A stretch of DNA of 64,000 nt from Spirochaetota bacterium (GCA_963664815.2 CAXXHB010000002.1:160001-224000), one strand, 5' to 3'. Counted from the first letter of the stretch, positions 20,084-30,853 are shown. Notes: generated by a model from the letters alone, not told the origin. Numbers and translations are program-made.

Positions 20084-21403
20084 ATGGAAATAGAAAATAA
20101 TAACTCCCTGAATTTCGGCCACCTTATAGTATTAGGTTTGAGTCACAAAACGGCCCCTGTTGAAACAAGGGAACTTTTTTCTCTACCGGTATCCCAGCTT
20201 TCCGCTTTTTATGAAAGACTTTCAGAGGCTGGAGTGGAAGAATCAGTTTATGTTTCTACCTGCAACAGAGTTGAAATATATATGACTGCCGATGACAGCG
20301 AATCTGCTGTTGAAACAATTAAACGGCTTATGGAATATTATACAAAACTCCCACATGAGCAATTTATGAGCTCTGTATATTCAAAATATGGTACTGATGC
20401 CGTGAAGCATCTATTATCTGTTGTTTCATCTCTTGATTCAATGGTTATAGGTGAGAATGAGATTACCGGACAAATCAAGGAATCGTACCGGAAAGCAGTT
20501 GAGTGTGGTACCACTGGAACGATTTTGAATAAACTTTTTCACAGAGCATTTACTACTTCGAAAAAAATACGTAATGAAACAGATATTTCAAAGAATCCAC
20601 TCTCAATGGCATCCATCGCCGTTGAGCAGGCAAAAAACATTTTTCCCAATCTTTCTTCTAGAAGCGCTCTTCTAATTGGCGCAGGTGAAATGGGAGAACT
20701 TATACTTAAATACCTGGTAAAAGAGAATCTGAAAAAAATTGTACTGGCAAACAGGACTTCAGAAAACGCCGAAAGAATATGCAATGATATAGATTATAAA
20801 GCCGAAATAATAAACCTCACAAGAGTGGATCAGGCTCTTGCTGAAGTTGATATCGTTATATCATCGGTAACTGCACCCCATCATGTTATAACCTCCGCAG
20901 ATATAAAAAATATTATGTTTGAACGGGAAGGGAAACCTATTTTCCTTATTGATATTGCGGTACCCAGGAATATTGAACCTGCAGTAATTGATACTGAAAA
21001 TGTTTATCTTTATAATGTTGACAACCTGAAAAATATTGCTGAAGCCAATATGAGGGGAAGAATTCAGGAACTGGAGAAGGCTAACAGAATTATTGATGAA
21101 GATGTTGAGGAGTTTGTTAACTGGTATGATGAACTCTCAATCGCTCCAACCATTACAGTGATTAAAAACAAATTCAATGAAATCAGAGAAAAAGAACTCG
21201 GCAGATACAGAAATAAAAAAATGAAACATCTGTCAGAAGAAGATTTCAAACTAGTTGAAGATATTACATGCCAGATTATGAATAAAACCCTTCATAATCC
21301 TATTGTTAATTTAAAAAAACAGAGAAACTGTTCCGACGAACATGAATCCGGCGAGTCTCTTAAAAAAAACACGAAATTTCTGGAGGACCTTTTTATTAAA
21401 TGA
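20084..21403 (+). CDS. hemA: Glutamyl-tRNA reductase
   Basis: GLSHKTAPVETRE, STCNRVE, SLDSMVIGENEI, IGAGEMG and DIAVPRNIE. Confidence 0.97.
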   Translation: MEIENNNSLNFGHLIVLGLSHKTAPVETRELFSLPVSQLSAFYERLSEAGVEESVYVSTCNRVEIYMTADDSESAVETIKRLMEYYTKLPHEQFMSSVYSKYGTDAVKHLLSVVSSLDSMVIGENEITGQIKESYRKAVECGTTGTILNKLFHRAFTTSKKIRNETDISKNPLSMASIAVEQAKNIFPNLSSRSALLIGAGEMGELILKYLVKENLKKIVLANRTSENAERICNDIDYKAEIINLTRVDQALAEVDIVISSVTAPHHVITSADIKNIMFEREGKPIFLIDIAVPRNIEPAVIDTENVYLYNVDNLKNIAEANMRGRIQELEKANRIIDEDVEEFVNWYDELSIAPTITVIKNKFNEIREKELGRYRNKKMKHLSEEDFKLVEDITCQIMNKTLHNPIVNLKKQRNCSDEHESGESLKKNTKFLEDLFIK

Positions 21404-22455
21404 TGAATAAAAATTCACCCAAGCTCATATTCTGGGAACTTACAAAGATGTGCAACCTAAAATGTGCACATTGCCGTGCAGAGGCTGAAGACAGCAGTTT
21501 CACCGGAGAATTAAATTTAGATACAATAAAAGGAATTCTTGACAATATCTCTACAAATTATACCCCAATTCTTGTTCTTACAGGTGGAGAGCCGCTTTAC
21601 AGAAAAGATATATTTGAAATTGCAAAATACGCAGTAGATAGAGGCTTAAAAACAGCACTAGCTACAAACGGTACACTGATAAATAAAGATGCAGCTGAAA
21701 AGATCAAAGGTGCTGGAATATCAAGGGTCAGTATATCTATAGACGGTACAGATGCCGAAAGTCATGACAATTTTCGCGGTGTAAATGGTGCATTTAATGG
21801 AGCTCTGAATGGTGCCAGGCTTTTAAAAGAAGCTGGTGTGGAGTTTCAATTTAACACAACAATCACAAAGAGAAATGTTGATCATATAGAGGGGATTCTT
21901 GAACTTGCACTCAAGGAAAAAGCCTCTGCTCTTCATATATTTATGCTTGTTCCGGTGGGATGCGGTATTGAAATTGCAGAGAGTGATATGATCTCTGATG
22001 CTAAATATGAAGAAGTTCTTCACTGGTTCTATGACAGATCACGTATAGTGAATATAGAATTTAAAGCTACATGTGCCCCTCACTACTACAGGATAATCAG
22101 GCAAAGAGCTAAAACAGAAGGACGCTCCCTAACCTTTGAAACAGATGGAATGGCCGCGATGACAAGAGGATGCCTTGCGGGAACCGGAGTCTGCTTTATC
22201 TCTCATCGGGGTGATGTTCAACCGTGCGGTTACCTACCGGTTTCTGCAGGAAACGTCCTTGAAACTCCGTTTAACGGGATATGGGAGAAATCCGACCTCT
22301 TTATGAAACTCCGGGATTTTAATTCACTTGAAGGAAAATGTGGAATCTGCGAATATAAGGGTGTCTGCGGCGGATGCAGGGCAAGAGCTTATTATTCAAG
22401 CGGTAACTTCATGGAAGAAGAACCATACTGCCTTTACAAGCCACTGAAAGGGTGA
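21400..22455 (+). CDS. ahbD: Radical SAM heme b synthase (Fe-coproporphyrin decarboxylase)
   Basis: WELTKMCNLKCAHCRA, KATCAPHYYRI, GCLAG and SPASM cysteines; position in the heme operon. Confidence 0.85.
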   Translation: MMNKNSPKLIFWELTKMCNLKCAHCRAEAEDSSFTGELNLDTIKGILDNISTNYTPILVLTGGEPLYRKDIFEIAKYAVDRGLKTALATNGTLINKDAAEKIKGAGISRVSISIDGTDAESHDNFRGVNGAFNGALNGARLLKEAGVEFQFNTTITKRNVDHIEGILELALKEKASALHIFMLVPVGCGIEIAESDMISDAKYEEVLHWFYDRSRIVNIEFKATCAPHYYRIIRQRAKTEGRSLTFETDGMAAMTRGCLAGTGVCFISHRGDVQPCGYLPVSAGNVLETPFNGIWEKSDLFMKLRDFNSLEGKCGICEYKGVCGGCRARAYYSSGNFMEEEPYCLYKPLKG

Positions 22456-22459
22456 TCCG

Positions 22460-23476
22460 ATGGAATTCAGCGAGAAAGAGGCGCTTATACTCAACAGGCT
22501 TCAGAAAGGAATTCCCGCCATAAGTGAACCTTTCCTTGAAATTGCAGAAGAAACTGGCATGAGCGAAGATGAAGTTCTGAAGATAGTTTCACGCCTGAAA
22601 GAAAACAAAATAATAAGAAATATTTCCGGAATATTCGATGGGAAAAAGCTTGGATATTTTCTGAGCCTTGTGGCGTTTGAAGTACCGGACGATAGAGTAG
22701 ATTTAGCAGCTTCAGTTATAAATTTACATCCTGGAGTCAGTCATAACTATCTCAGAAACCACAGGTACAATATATGGTTTACACTCGCAGGAGAGAACGA
22801 GGAGGATTTTTACAGAGCAGTTTCTATTCTTGCCTTTAAATCCGGGGCTGTTGATTCTTTGATTCTGAGGAATGAAAAACTTTTAAAAATTGGCGTGTTT
22901 CTTAATATTGGTGAATCTGAAAATGACAGCGGATTTACTCAGGTTCATAGTACGGGAACTATAAATTATGGTAATCCTGATGAAACGATGAAAGAAGCGG
23001 TTCTTCTACTTCAGAATGATTTACCGCTTGAAAGAAAGCCATTTCAGAAAATTGCTGTAAACGGAAAATATATTCATGGTGAGAAGCAGCTCCTCTCATA
23101 TTTCTCCGAATTTCTTGCTGCAGGAGTTATGAAGAGATATGCGGCTGTTCTTAAACACCGTAGTGCTGGTTATACTTCTAATGCAATGACAGCGTGGAAA
23201 ATTGACATGAAGACAGACTTTGAATTGTTTATTCAAGAGGGGGCCATCTCTCATTTATATCTGAGAACTGTGTATCCCGGCAGATGGGAACATCCTCTTT
23301 TCGCAATGATTCATGCGAAATCTGAAGATGAACTTAAAGATATAATTAACAGGCTTTCAACAAAAAGCGGGATAAAAGATTATCTTGCACTCTCCTCACT
23401 GAAAGAGTTTAAGAAACAAAGGATAAAGTATTTTTCAGAAGATTTTAATGAATGGAAAAGGTTAAATCATGATTGA
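22460..23476 (+). CDS. ahbAB: Siroheme decarboxylase, fused AhbA-AhbB (Lrp/AsnC-like)
   Basis: Two tandem Lrp-like modules: GVSHNYLRNHRYNIWFT (AhbA) and ISHLYLR...WEHPLFAMIH...LKEFKK (AhbB). Confidence 0.85.
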   Translation: MEFSEKEALILNRLQKGIPAISEPFLEIAEETGMSEDEVLKIVSRLKENKIIRNISGIFDGKKLGYFLSLVAFEVPDDRVDLAASVINLHPGVSHNYLRNHRYNIWFTLAGENEEDFYRAVSILAFKSGAVDSLILRNEKLLKIGVFLNIGESENDSGFTQVHSTGTINYGNPDETMKEAVLLLQNDLPLERKPFQKIAVNGKYIHGEKQLLSYFSEFLAAGVMKRYAAVLKHRSAGYTSNAMTAWKIDMKTDFELFIQEGAISHLYLRTVYPGRWEHPLFAMIHAKSEDELKDIINRLSTKSGIKDYLALSSLKEFKKQRIKYFSEDFNEWKRLNHD

Positions 23477-24740
23477 TATAGGCAAAATCTACTGCGGGGG
23501 ATCTTCTACCGGTGACGGGCTTAGGTATGGCCAGGAGTCAGGTCCTGACTGTCACGGGAACTCTCCACACAAGGTTCAGAAGCTTGCCAGTGAGAGACGA
23601 CCAATAGTTGTATGGAACACCACCCGTACATGCAACCTGCAATGCGTTCACTGTTACACTGATTCTGAAAACAAAAAGTATAATGGTGAACTGACAACAG
23701 TTGAGGCACGAAAGCTAATTGATGAACTTTCAGATTTCGGAATCCCTTCACTTCTTTTCTCCGGTGGAGAACCATTTATGAGAAATGATCTTTTTACTCT
23801 CCTTGAATATGCTTCCAAAAAAAATGTACGCCCGGTAATTTCCACTAACGGTACGTTGATTGACAGGGAAACGGCTCAAAGAGTGAAAGATTCCGGAGTT
23901 GTTTATGTTGGTATAAGCCTTGACGGGCTCGAAGCGGTAAATGATAAATTTCGCGGCGTGCAGGGCGCTTTCACAAGAACCATGAAAGGTTTTGATAACT
24001 GCCGAGCTGTTAATCAGAGAGTGGGATTGAGACTCACTTTAACTGAAAGAAATTATATAGATCTTCACGGAATTTTTGATTTTATTGAAAAAGAGCAGAT
24101 TAACAGGGCGTGTTTCTATCACCTTGTTTACTCAGGCCGGGGTAGTTCCATTTCAAAAGATGACCTTACTCATACTGAATCGAGAAAAGCAATGGATATA
24201 ATCCTTGAAAGGACTCAGGATTATTTTAACAGAAAACTCGATATCAATATACTGACAGTTGATAATCATGCAGATGGAGTTTATACATATCTTAAAATGA
24301 AAGAAAAAAATATGCCTGAAGCTGAAAATGTTTACTCAATGCTGAAATGGAACGGCGGTGCTGCAAATTCATCTGGTGTGGGGATTTCCAATATAGACTT
24401 TTTCGGTAATGTACATCCGGATCAGTTCTGGCAGGATTATACATTCGGAAATATTCGTGATAGAAATTTTGGAGATATCTGGATGGATGAATCTGACCCA
24501 CTAATGAGAGGTCTTAAGCATAAAGCGGAGCATATCAAAGGGAGATGCAGGCTTTGCAGTTATAAAGAAATCTGCACCGGTTCAATGAGAGTTCGCGGTT
24601 ACAGAATTTATAATAATCCCTGGGCTCCTGACCCGGCATGCTATCTTACTGATGATGAGATAGGTCTTGATAGTGAAAAGAAAGAATATTTGAAAGGGCA
24701 TGGAGAGGAGTTTCCTATGCCTGAAGAGATTAACAGATAA
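23469..24740 (+). CDS. ahbC: Radical SAM 12,18-didecarboxysiroheme deacetylase (Fe-coproporphyrin synthase)
   Basis: N-terminal IGKIYCG...LRYG, VVWNTTRTCNLQCVHCY, CFYHLVYSGRG, LTVDNHADG and DPACYL. Confidence 0.87.
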   Translation: MIDIGKIYCGGSSTGDGLRYGQESGPDCHGNSPHKVQKLASERRPIVVWNTTRTCNLQCVHCYTDSENKKYNGELTTVEARKLIDELSDFGIPSLLFSGGEPFMRNDLFTLLEYASKKNVRPVISTNGTLIDRETAQRVKDSGVVYVGISLDGLEAVNDKFRGVQGAFTRTMKGFDNCRAVNQRVGLRLTLTERNYIDLHGIFDFIEKEQINRACFYHLVYSGRGSSISKDDLTHTESRKAMDIILERTQDYFNRKLDINILTVDNHADGVYTYLKMKEKNMPEAENVYSMLKWNGGAANSSGVGISNIDFFGNVHPDQFWQDYTFGNIRDRNFGDIWMDESDPLMRGLKHKAEHIKGRCRLCSYKEICTGSMRVRGYRIYNNPWAPDPACYLTDDEIGLDSEKKEYLKGHGEEFPMPEEINR

Positions 24741-25396
24741 TGAATCTCTATCCTATCATGGTTAACATGAACGGTAAACCTGTTGTTATTATTGGGGGAG
24801 GAGAGGTCGCAGCACGAAAGGTTTCCGATCTCATTGAAGCCGGCGCGCAAGTGAAAGTAATTTCACCGGAGTTCAACAATGAAATAATCAATGCAGAGAA
24901 ATTGTTTAGTGACCGGATTATTCTTACGAAAAGAAAGTATCGGAATGGTGACCTGGATGGAGCTTACCTTGTTTTTTCGGCAACAAATGACATGAAAGTA
25001 AACGCCGAAGTTTTTAGCGAAGCTGAGGAGCGGAAAATACTGATAAATGCTGTTGATGACCCACCGAGTTGTTCCTTCTATATACCATCTTTCGCCAGGA
25101 AAGGAGACCTTATATTTGCTCTGTCTACAAGCGGGGCCTCTCCTGCAATGGCTGCAAGGCTCAGACGTGAGATTGAAAAATATATACCGGAAAATATCGA
25201 ATATATTCTTAATAAGTTAAAGAATGTGAAAAGACTTTTAAAAGAAGAAAAATGTTTCTCACACATAAATTCGCCGGAACGAGGTAAAATATTGAAGAAA
25301 ATTGTAAATGATGACACCCTTCTCAAAGAAATGAACTCCTGCAACGATAATGATATGATTGAATTTCTGGATAGAGTCAAGAATATCTGCAACTAA
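24740..25396 (+). CDS. sirC: Precorrin-2 dehydrogenase / sirohydrochlorin ferrochelatase (SirC/CysG N-terminal type)
   Basis: YPIMVNM...VVIIGGGEVAARK, NAVDDP..CSFYIP and STSGASP. Confidence 0.88.
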   Translation: MNLYPIMVNMNGKPVVIIGGGEVAARKVSDLIEAGAQVKVISPEFNNEIINAEKLFSDRIILTKRKYRNGDLDGAYLVFSATNDMKVNAEVFSEAEERKILINAVDDPPSCSFYIPSFARKGDLIFALSTSGASPAMAARLRREIEKYIPENIEYILNKLKNVKRLLKEEKCFSHINSPERGKILKKIVNDDTLLKEMNSCNDNDMIEFLDRVKNICN

Positions 25397-25407
25397 AGCT
25401 CTTTGTT

Positions 25408-26583
25408 CTACCTTCCCTCAAGCCTTCCCATCTCATGAATTCCATTTCCTATAAACATTGCTGCAACAAGGGCAAATATAATTCCTGAAATAAAGACATA
25501 TTCCTCTCCGAACCTTGTGACAATTATGCCTGACAGAAGAGGCCCGATGGTCTGACCGAGACGGAGAACTGATGAATTAATTGACATGAACGCTCCCCTG
25601 TATTCATCCGGAGCAAGAATTGAAATTTGCGTCTGAATGTTCGGTATTAATATACCATTTGCAAATCCATATAAAAATACCGGAAAAATAAAAAGCAGGA
25701 TTCCCGGCATAAAATATGCCGCGGCAAGCGCCAACGGATAAATCAGGTATGCTGATACAAGAAGCTTTTTCGATGAAAACTTCCCCGCAAGCTTACCAAG
25801 ATTAAAAGACCCTATGATAGTACCGATTGATGATGTTGACATCGCAAGGCCGATTACCAGTGATGAGGCATGAAAATGATTTTTCATGTAAAATGGAAAA
25901 AATGCAAGAAGTATTCCGTAAAGCAGAATAAAAGCGGCTAATGTGCCTCCATAGAGAAAAAGAAGATCTTTTTTCTTTATCAGTTTAAAAGACCTTTTCA
26001 GGTACTCTCTTATCTTTCCATTTTTAACCGGTTCCTTGTAATCAAGTCCGAAGATGACAAGCAGTGATACAGGAAAAGCCATGGCTGCAAGAAAAAAAGG
26101 GTAATGCCATCCAAGCATTGCTATTGCACCACCAATTGAAGGATAAAGCATGGTTCCGATACTAAGAATAGAACTATTGTATCCCATAGCGGAAACCCTC
26201 TCTTTACCTGGAAAAATATCACCAATAATAGTCTGATTTATTGATCCTAATGATGCGGCTCCCGCTCCCTGAAAAAAACGAAGTAAGAGTAGAAATGAAA
26301 AGCTTTTTGTAAATCCTGCAATTGTGCCACATATGCCAAAAATAAGAAGTGCCGGTACAAGAACATTTTTTCTCCCGAATCTGTCAGCAGCAATACCGAA
26401 AAACGGAGAAAGAACAATTCCAGGCATTGTAAATACTACAATAAGTAAATTTGCCTCTCCTGCTGTTATTGAAAGTGCTTCAGCAATCCTTGGAAGTACC
26501 GGGGCGATACAGGAAACCTCCATCACTGAGATGAGTGTTACACAGAAAATAATCTGAAGATGCTTATTAAAGAAAACCGGCAT
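25408..26583 (-). CDS. MFS transporter
   Basis: About 12 hydrophobic helices; motif A GIAADRFGRKN; LRFFQG. Confidence 0.92.
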   Translation of the reverse strand: MPVFFNKHLQIIFCVTLISVMEVSCIAPVLPRIAEALSITAGEANLLIVVFTMPGIVLSPFFGIAADRFGRKNVLVPALLIFGICGTIAGFTKSFSFLLLLRFFQGAGAASLGSINQTIIGDIFPGKERVSAMGYNSSILSIGTMLYPSIGGAIAMLGWHYPFFLAAMAFPVSLLVIFGLDYKEPVKNGKIREYLKRSFKLIKKKDLLFLYGGTLAAFILLYGILLAFFPFYMKNHFHASSLVIGLAMSTSSIGTIIGSFNLGKLAGKFSSKKLLVSAYLIYPLALAAAYFMPGILLFIFPVFLYGFANGILIPNIQTQISILAPDEYRGAFMSINSSVLRLGQTIGPLLSGIIVTRFGEEYVFISGIIFALVAAMFIGNGIHEMGRLEGR

Positions 26584-26584
26584 T

Positions 26585-27211
26585 CTAATTAAATCCGTTC
26601 AGAATAAATTCCGCAATTTTCTTGCCGAGATGAATATGACTTTCCGCTTCAAGGTGCGATCCGTCAAGGCTGCTCCCTGTTACATAAACAGAGGTATCAA
26701 AAAACTGGGTATTTTTCTGTTTAGACAGTTGTCTGTATTTTTCAGGTAATCCTTTAAGTTTATTAACCTCTAGTTCAAAAAATTGAATCTCTTCAATATC
26801 TGTATTGAACTGCGGAGGAGACATTATTATAATTTCAGGAGGTAAAAAACCTGCATCCATGTGGCTTTTTCTTAATACATCAACAATCTGTTCAATGCCA
26901 TATGATATTGAGTCTAAAGTTGTGTTATCCCCGATAAAGATATCATTCAGACCTAAACATATAAGAGTAATGTCAAGCGGGAGATAGTTACATATTTCTG
27001 ATTTTATCCACTCTATTCCGTTTGCCTTTATATTTACCGGTGAAAAATCAAGAACTGTTCTTCCATTTAATCCATCTTCAATCACGAAATATTCATCTCC
27101 CAGAAAGGATCCCATAACCATGGGCCACCTGGTTTTCTCATCAAAACGGGAGCTGTCTCTCGGATTGCATCCCCAGGTATTGGAATCACCATAACAGAGA
27201 ATTCGTCTCAT
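26585..27211 (-). CDS. SGNH/GDSL hydrolase (arylesterase-like)
   Basis: ILCYGDSNTWG, GLNGRT, LGLND and DGSHL. Confidence 0.9.
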   Translation of the reverse strand: MRRILCYGDSNTWGCNPRDSSRFDEKTRWPMVMGSFLGDEYFVIEDGLNGRTVLDFSPVNIKANGIEWIKSEICNYLPLDITLICLGLNDIFIGDNTTLDSISYGIEQIVDVLRKSHMDAGFLPPEIIIMSPPQFNTDIEEIQFFELEVNKLKGLPEKYRQLSKQKNTQFFDTSVYVTGSSLDGSHLEAESHIHLGKKIAEFILNGFN

Positions 27212-27444
27212 TTAAAACCTGTTATAAATAATATATTTTAAGTTAATAAACCGAAAAATTTAATATAAGTATTATATAATCTCAATCCTTTATTGTAAAA
27301 GGACATTTAGAAAATTATTTTGATTGAACAAAAAAGTAATAAAAGTATCTTAGAATTATGAAAGAAAATGTCAACAGGATTTACTTATAGTCAAAGGATA
27401 GTAAATCCTGAAAGCGGATATTTATATTTCTGCGGAGGTCTGAG

Positions 27445-28080
27445 ATGGAATCGTTGTTAACACAAAGTATTGACAGCATTATGCATTGGAATATATATTA
27501 TCTGTACATTTTTTTATTCGGAAGCGCTGTAATGGAAAACCTCTTCCCGCCTGTTCCTGGAGATACAATTACTGTATTCGGCGCCTTTCTTGTTGGTGTA
27601 GGTAAACTCGATTTTTTTATCGTTTATACAGTAACTACAATCGGAAGTTCAATCGGATTCATTCTCCTTTTTTATGCCGGTGCTTATCTCGAAATGGAAT
27701 TTTTTCTTAATACAAAAATAAAAGTTTTTTCAAATCAAAAAATATTATCAGCTGAAAAATGGTTCAGTAAATATGGATATTATGTCGTTATCATGAACAG
27801 GTTCCTCCCGGGAATAAGATCAGTTATTTCTATTGTTGCAGGGATTTCTGGACTCAACGGAATAAAGGTTTTTTTTATGGCAACTGTTAGTGCTCTTGCA
27901 TGGAATTTTTTATGGATTTATACAGGATATACAATTGGCAATAACTGGGAGATGGTGAATCAAAAAATTTCAGTTATTATAAGGAATTATAATATTGCAG
28001 CAATCGCAATCCTGCTGCTTGGACTTGCTGTTTATTATGCTTTTAAAACTTTAAAAAGAAGACAAGAAAATCAGAAATAA
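27445..28080 (+). CDS. DedA family membrane protein
   Basis: ENLFPPVPGD and RFLPGIRSVISIVAG. Confidence 0.92.
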   Translation: MESLLTQSIDSIMHWNIYYLYIFLFGSAVMENLFPPVPGDTITVFGAFLVGVGKLDFFIVYTVTTIGSSIGFILLFYAGAYLEMEFFLNTKIKVFSNQKILSAEKWFSKYGYYVVIMNRFLPGIRSVISIVAGISGLNGIKVFFMATVSALAWNFLWIYTGYTIGNNWEMVNQKISVIIRNYNIAAIAILLLGLAVYYAFKTLKRRQENQK

Positions 28081-28095
28081 TATATAGTAATCATT

Positions 28096-28995
28096 TTACC
28101 TTTTTTTAGTCGCAATTAATATTCCGCTGATAATAAAAATCAAACTAACAAGGTGCATCAGTTGAATATGCTCGTCTAGAAACAATATTGCCCAGAAAGT
28201 ACTGAAAAGAGGGAGTGAATAGTAAATAATTCCGGATGTTGCCGCCCCAATCTGCTCTACAGCTTTATTCCACATAAAGAATCCTCCGATTGAAGCAAAA
28301 ATTCCAATATAAAGAATAGAGAAGATAATACTAATACTGAAAGAAAATTGCTTTTCAGAATTAAATTCGTATAAAAAAAAGGGTAAAAGCATTACGAGCC
28401 CGGCCGCAAAAGTGACAAACAGAAAAGATACTCCACCAATGCCTGCAGGTTTTTTTCTGAGGAGAAAACTATAAAGAGCGAAGGTAATAGCCGCAAAAAG
28501 CATCCAAAGATCACCCGGAGTAAAAGAAATAGCAAATAAGACTTTCAGTGAACCTCTGCAGATCAATATAACTATCCCGGAAAGTGTAAGAAAAACTCCT
28601 GCTATATTTATGATATTCATTTTCTCTTTAAAAAAAATTCTGTTGAAAATTAGAATAAAAACAGGAGTAGTGATTGCGATCAATGAAAGATTAATAGCCT
28701 CCGTTGAATGTCCTGCTATATAAACCAATGTGTTGAATAAGGTTACACCAAAAAACGAGATTAAAATAATGTATTTAACATTCTTACTTATTGCTGAAAT
28801 ATCCCTGATGAAATGTTTAATTGAAAATGGTGTAATTACCGTTAAAGCTACAGACCATCTTAAAAAAGAGAGTGTCACAGGGGGAATAACCTCATGAAAA
28901 CCTCTTGCAATTATATAATTCCAGGACCATATCATTGTTGCACCGATAGCGAGAAGAACTCCGGAAAATCGAGGGGGAAATTTTTTTAATTTCAT
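28096..28995 (-). CDS. DMT/EamA family transporter
   Basis: Ten hydrophobic helices; IWSWNYIIAR, PPVTLSFLRW and GDLWML. Confidence 0.9.
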   Translation of the reverse strand: MKLKKFPPRFSGVLLAIGATMIWSWNYIIARGFHEVIPPVTLSFLRWSVALTVITPFSIKHFIRDISAISKNVKYIILISFFGVTLFNTLVYIAGHSTEAINLSLIAITTPVFILIFNRIFFKEKMNIINIAGVFLTLSGIVILICRGSLKVLFAISFTPGDLWMLFAAITFALYSFLLRKKPAGIGGVSFLFVTFAAGLVMLLPFFLYEFNSEKQFSFSISIIFSILYIGIFASIGGFFMWNKAVEQIGAATSGIIYYSLPLFSTFWAILFLDEHIQLMHLVSLIFIISGILIATKKR

Positions 28996-29153
28996 ATTAA
29001 TATCCATAATGTATTGTAATAAACATGAAATATTGTGAAACAAAAAAAATTTTTTCAGTAATTTTCCTAATCGTTTTTTTAAGAAGTAACGTTGTTGACA
29101 GTTAATTTTATATTTATAAATCTTTGAGCATATCAGATTAAAGGAGATTTAAA

Positions 29154-29972
29154 ATGGAATATAAATATTACCTTGTGGAAAAGAAGGAACATATTGCGTG
29201 GGTATGGCTCAACAGGCCAGAAAAAAAGAATGCCATGAACCCGCCGGCGTGGAAAGAGACTTTTCCTATATTTGAGGATCTTGACGAGGATGATAACATA
29301 AGAGTTATTATTGTTGCTGCGAAGGGGAAGGATTTCAATACTGGAATTGATCTTGTAGAAATGGTACCAGAACTACCTGAACTTGGAACACCCGTACAAA
29401 GTGCAGGACAAAGAAGAAGTTTTATGAAAAAGCTTCTTAAACTGCAGGACGGGCTTAGCTGTATTGAAAAATGCAGAAAACCGGTTATTGCGGCAGTACA
29501 GGGAATGTGTTTTGGAGGAGGCCTTGATCTGATATGTGCATGCGATATAAGACTCGCTACAAAGGATGCAAAATTTTCACTTCTGGAAGCTTCAGTGGGT
29601 ATGGTTGCCGATGTCGGAGTGCTTCAGAGGATACCAAATATTATAGGACAAGGACATGTCAGAGAAATGGCATATTCATGCAGGAAAATCAGTGCAGAAA
29701 GAGCAATGCGTATAAACCTGATAAATGATGTTTTTGAAAACTATGAAGAACTATTAAAAGAAGCAGAAACTCTTGCTAATGAGATTGCGGCTAATTCACC
29801 TCTTGCAGTTCAGGCATCTAAATTTGTATTAAAATACGGGATTGGCAAGTCAGTTGAAGACGGCCTGTTGTTTAATGCCGCTGTAAGTAATTACACTATT
29901 CCTTCTAATGATGTAACAGCTGCATTCAAAGCCTTCGCAGCAAAGAAGAAACCTGAGTTTACAGGAAGCTGA
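29154..29972 (+). CDS. Enoyl-CoA hydratase/isomerase (crotonase) family protein
   Basis: LNRPEKKNAMN, KPVIAAVQG.CFGGGLDL.CACDIR and ADVGVLQR (dienoyl-CoA isomerase-like); AAGGAG RBS. Confidence 0.92.
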   Translation: MEYKYYLVEKKEHIAWVWLNRPEKKNAMNPPAWKETFPIFEDLDEDDNIRVIIVAAKGKDFNTGIDLVEMVPELPELGTPVQSAGQRRSFMKKLLKLQDGLSCIEKCRKPVIAAVQGMCFGGGLDLICACDIRLATKDAKFSLLEASVGMVADVGVLQRIPNIIGQGHVREMAYSCRKISAERAMRINLINDVFENYEELLKEAETLANEIAANSPLAVQASKFVLKYGIGKSVEDGLLFNAAVSNYTIPSNDVTAAFKAFAAKKKPEFTGS

Positions 29973-30170
29973 TAAATAAAGAATAAAGAGTATTATAATT
30001 TGGATACGTATGTATAAAATTGTTGAACTATTGCATGAATGAAATTATTCCAATTTTAACATAAGCTGTGAAGTGATAGACACTCTTCATTATCACCACA
30101 GATATTTCAACTGGCTATTATAATTATATACAAACGACTGGTTGAATATTTTAATTAAGGATAAAAAATT

Positions 30171-30764
30171 ATGGCATTGATTAAAAAAGTTTTAATAAGT
30201 CTCTCTGATAAAACCGGATCAGTTGATTTTGCAAAGAATCTATCCGAGTTTGGTGTTCAGTTTCTCTCTACTGGCGGTACTGCTAAAATTTTAAGGGATT
30301 CCGGACTTAATGTTATGGATGTTTCCGAGTATACCGGTTTTCCGGAGATGCTTGACGGGAGAGTAAAGACACTCCATCCAAAGGTTCATGGAGGGCTTCT
30401 TGGGCTTCGTGCAAATCCTGAACATGTGGAAACAATGAAAAAGCATGGTATAGAACCAATAGATATGGTGGTAGTAAATCTTTATCCATTTAAAGAAACT
30501 ATATCCAAACCAGGATGTACATTTGAAGACGCTATCGAGAATATTGATATCGGAGGGCCTACTATGCTCCGTTCTGCAGCAAAAAATTTTCAGAGTGTAA
30601 CAGTGGTTATTGACCCTGCTGATTATAAAACCGTTCTTGATGATATGAGAAAAAGTAATGGTGAAGTATCACTTAAAACAAATCTTAAACTTGCTTATAA
30701 AGTTTTTAAAACTACGTCCGAATATGATAAAATGATATCAGATTATTTAAACAATAAATTTTAA
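30171..30764 (+). CDS. purH: Standalone IMP cyclohydrolase (PurH N-terminal MGS-like domain only)
   Basis: [22 protein letters not shown] and [17 protein letters not shown]. Stops at 197 aa, before the transformylase domain. Confidence 0.88.
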   Translation: MALIKKVLISLSDKTGSVDFAKNLSEFGVQFLSTGGTAKILRDSGLNVMDVSEYTGFPEMLDGRVKTLHPKVHGGLLGLRANPEHVETMKKHGIEPIDMVVVNLYPFKETISKPGCTFEDAIENIDIGGPTMLRSAAKNFQSVTVVIDPADYKTVLDDMRKSNGEVSLKTNLKLAYKVFKTTSEYDKMISDYLNNKF

Positions 30765-30809
30765 ATATTGCATGCAGTAATTTTCGAAAATAAATTATAG
30801 TTAAAATTG

Positions 30810-30853
30810 TCTGCTTTCATCCTCTTTATTTATGGTGGAAGTAGATATTTTTT
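30810..30853 (+). terminator. Putative intrinsic terminator
   Basis: Stem TCTGCTTTCATC/GGTGGAAGTAGA (with G-U pairs) followed by a T-run. Confidence 0.45.

Noticed and set aside
29973-30170. ZMP/ZTP or purine riboswitch upstream of purH
   Set aside because: Hairpins exist (CTGTG..GTGATA/TATCAC..CACAG; TTCAAC/GTTGAA), but the conserved riboswitch motifs were not recognisable. An Rfam scan would settle it.
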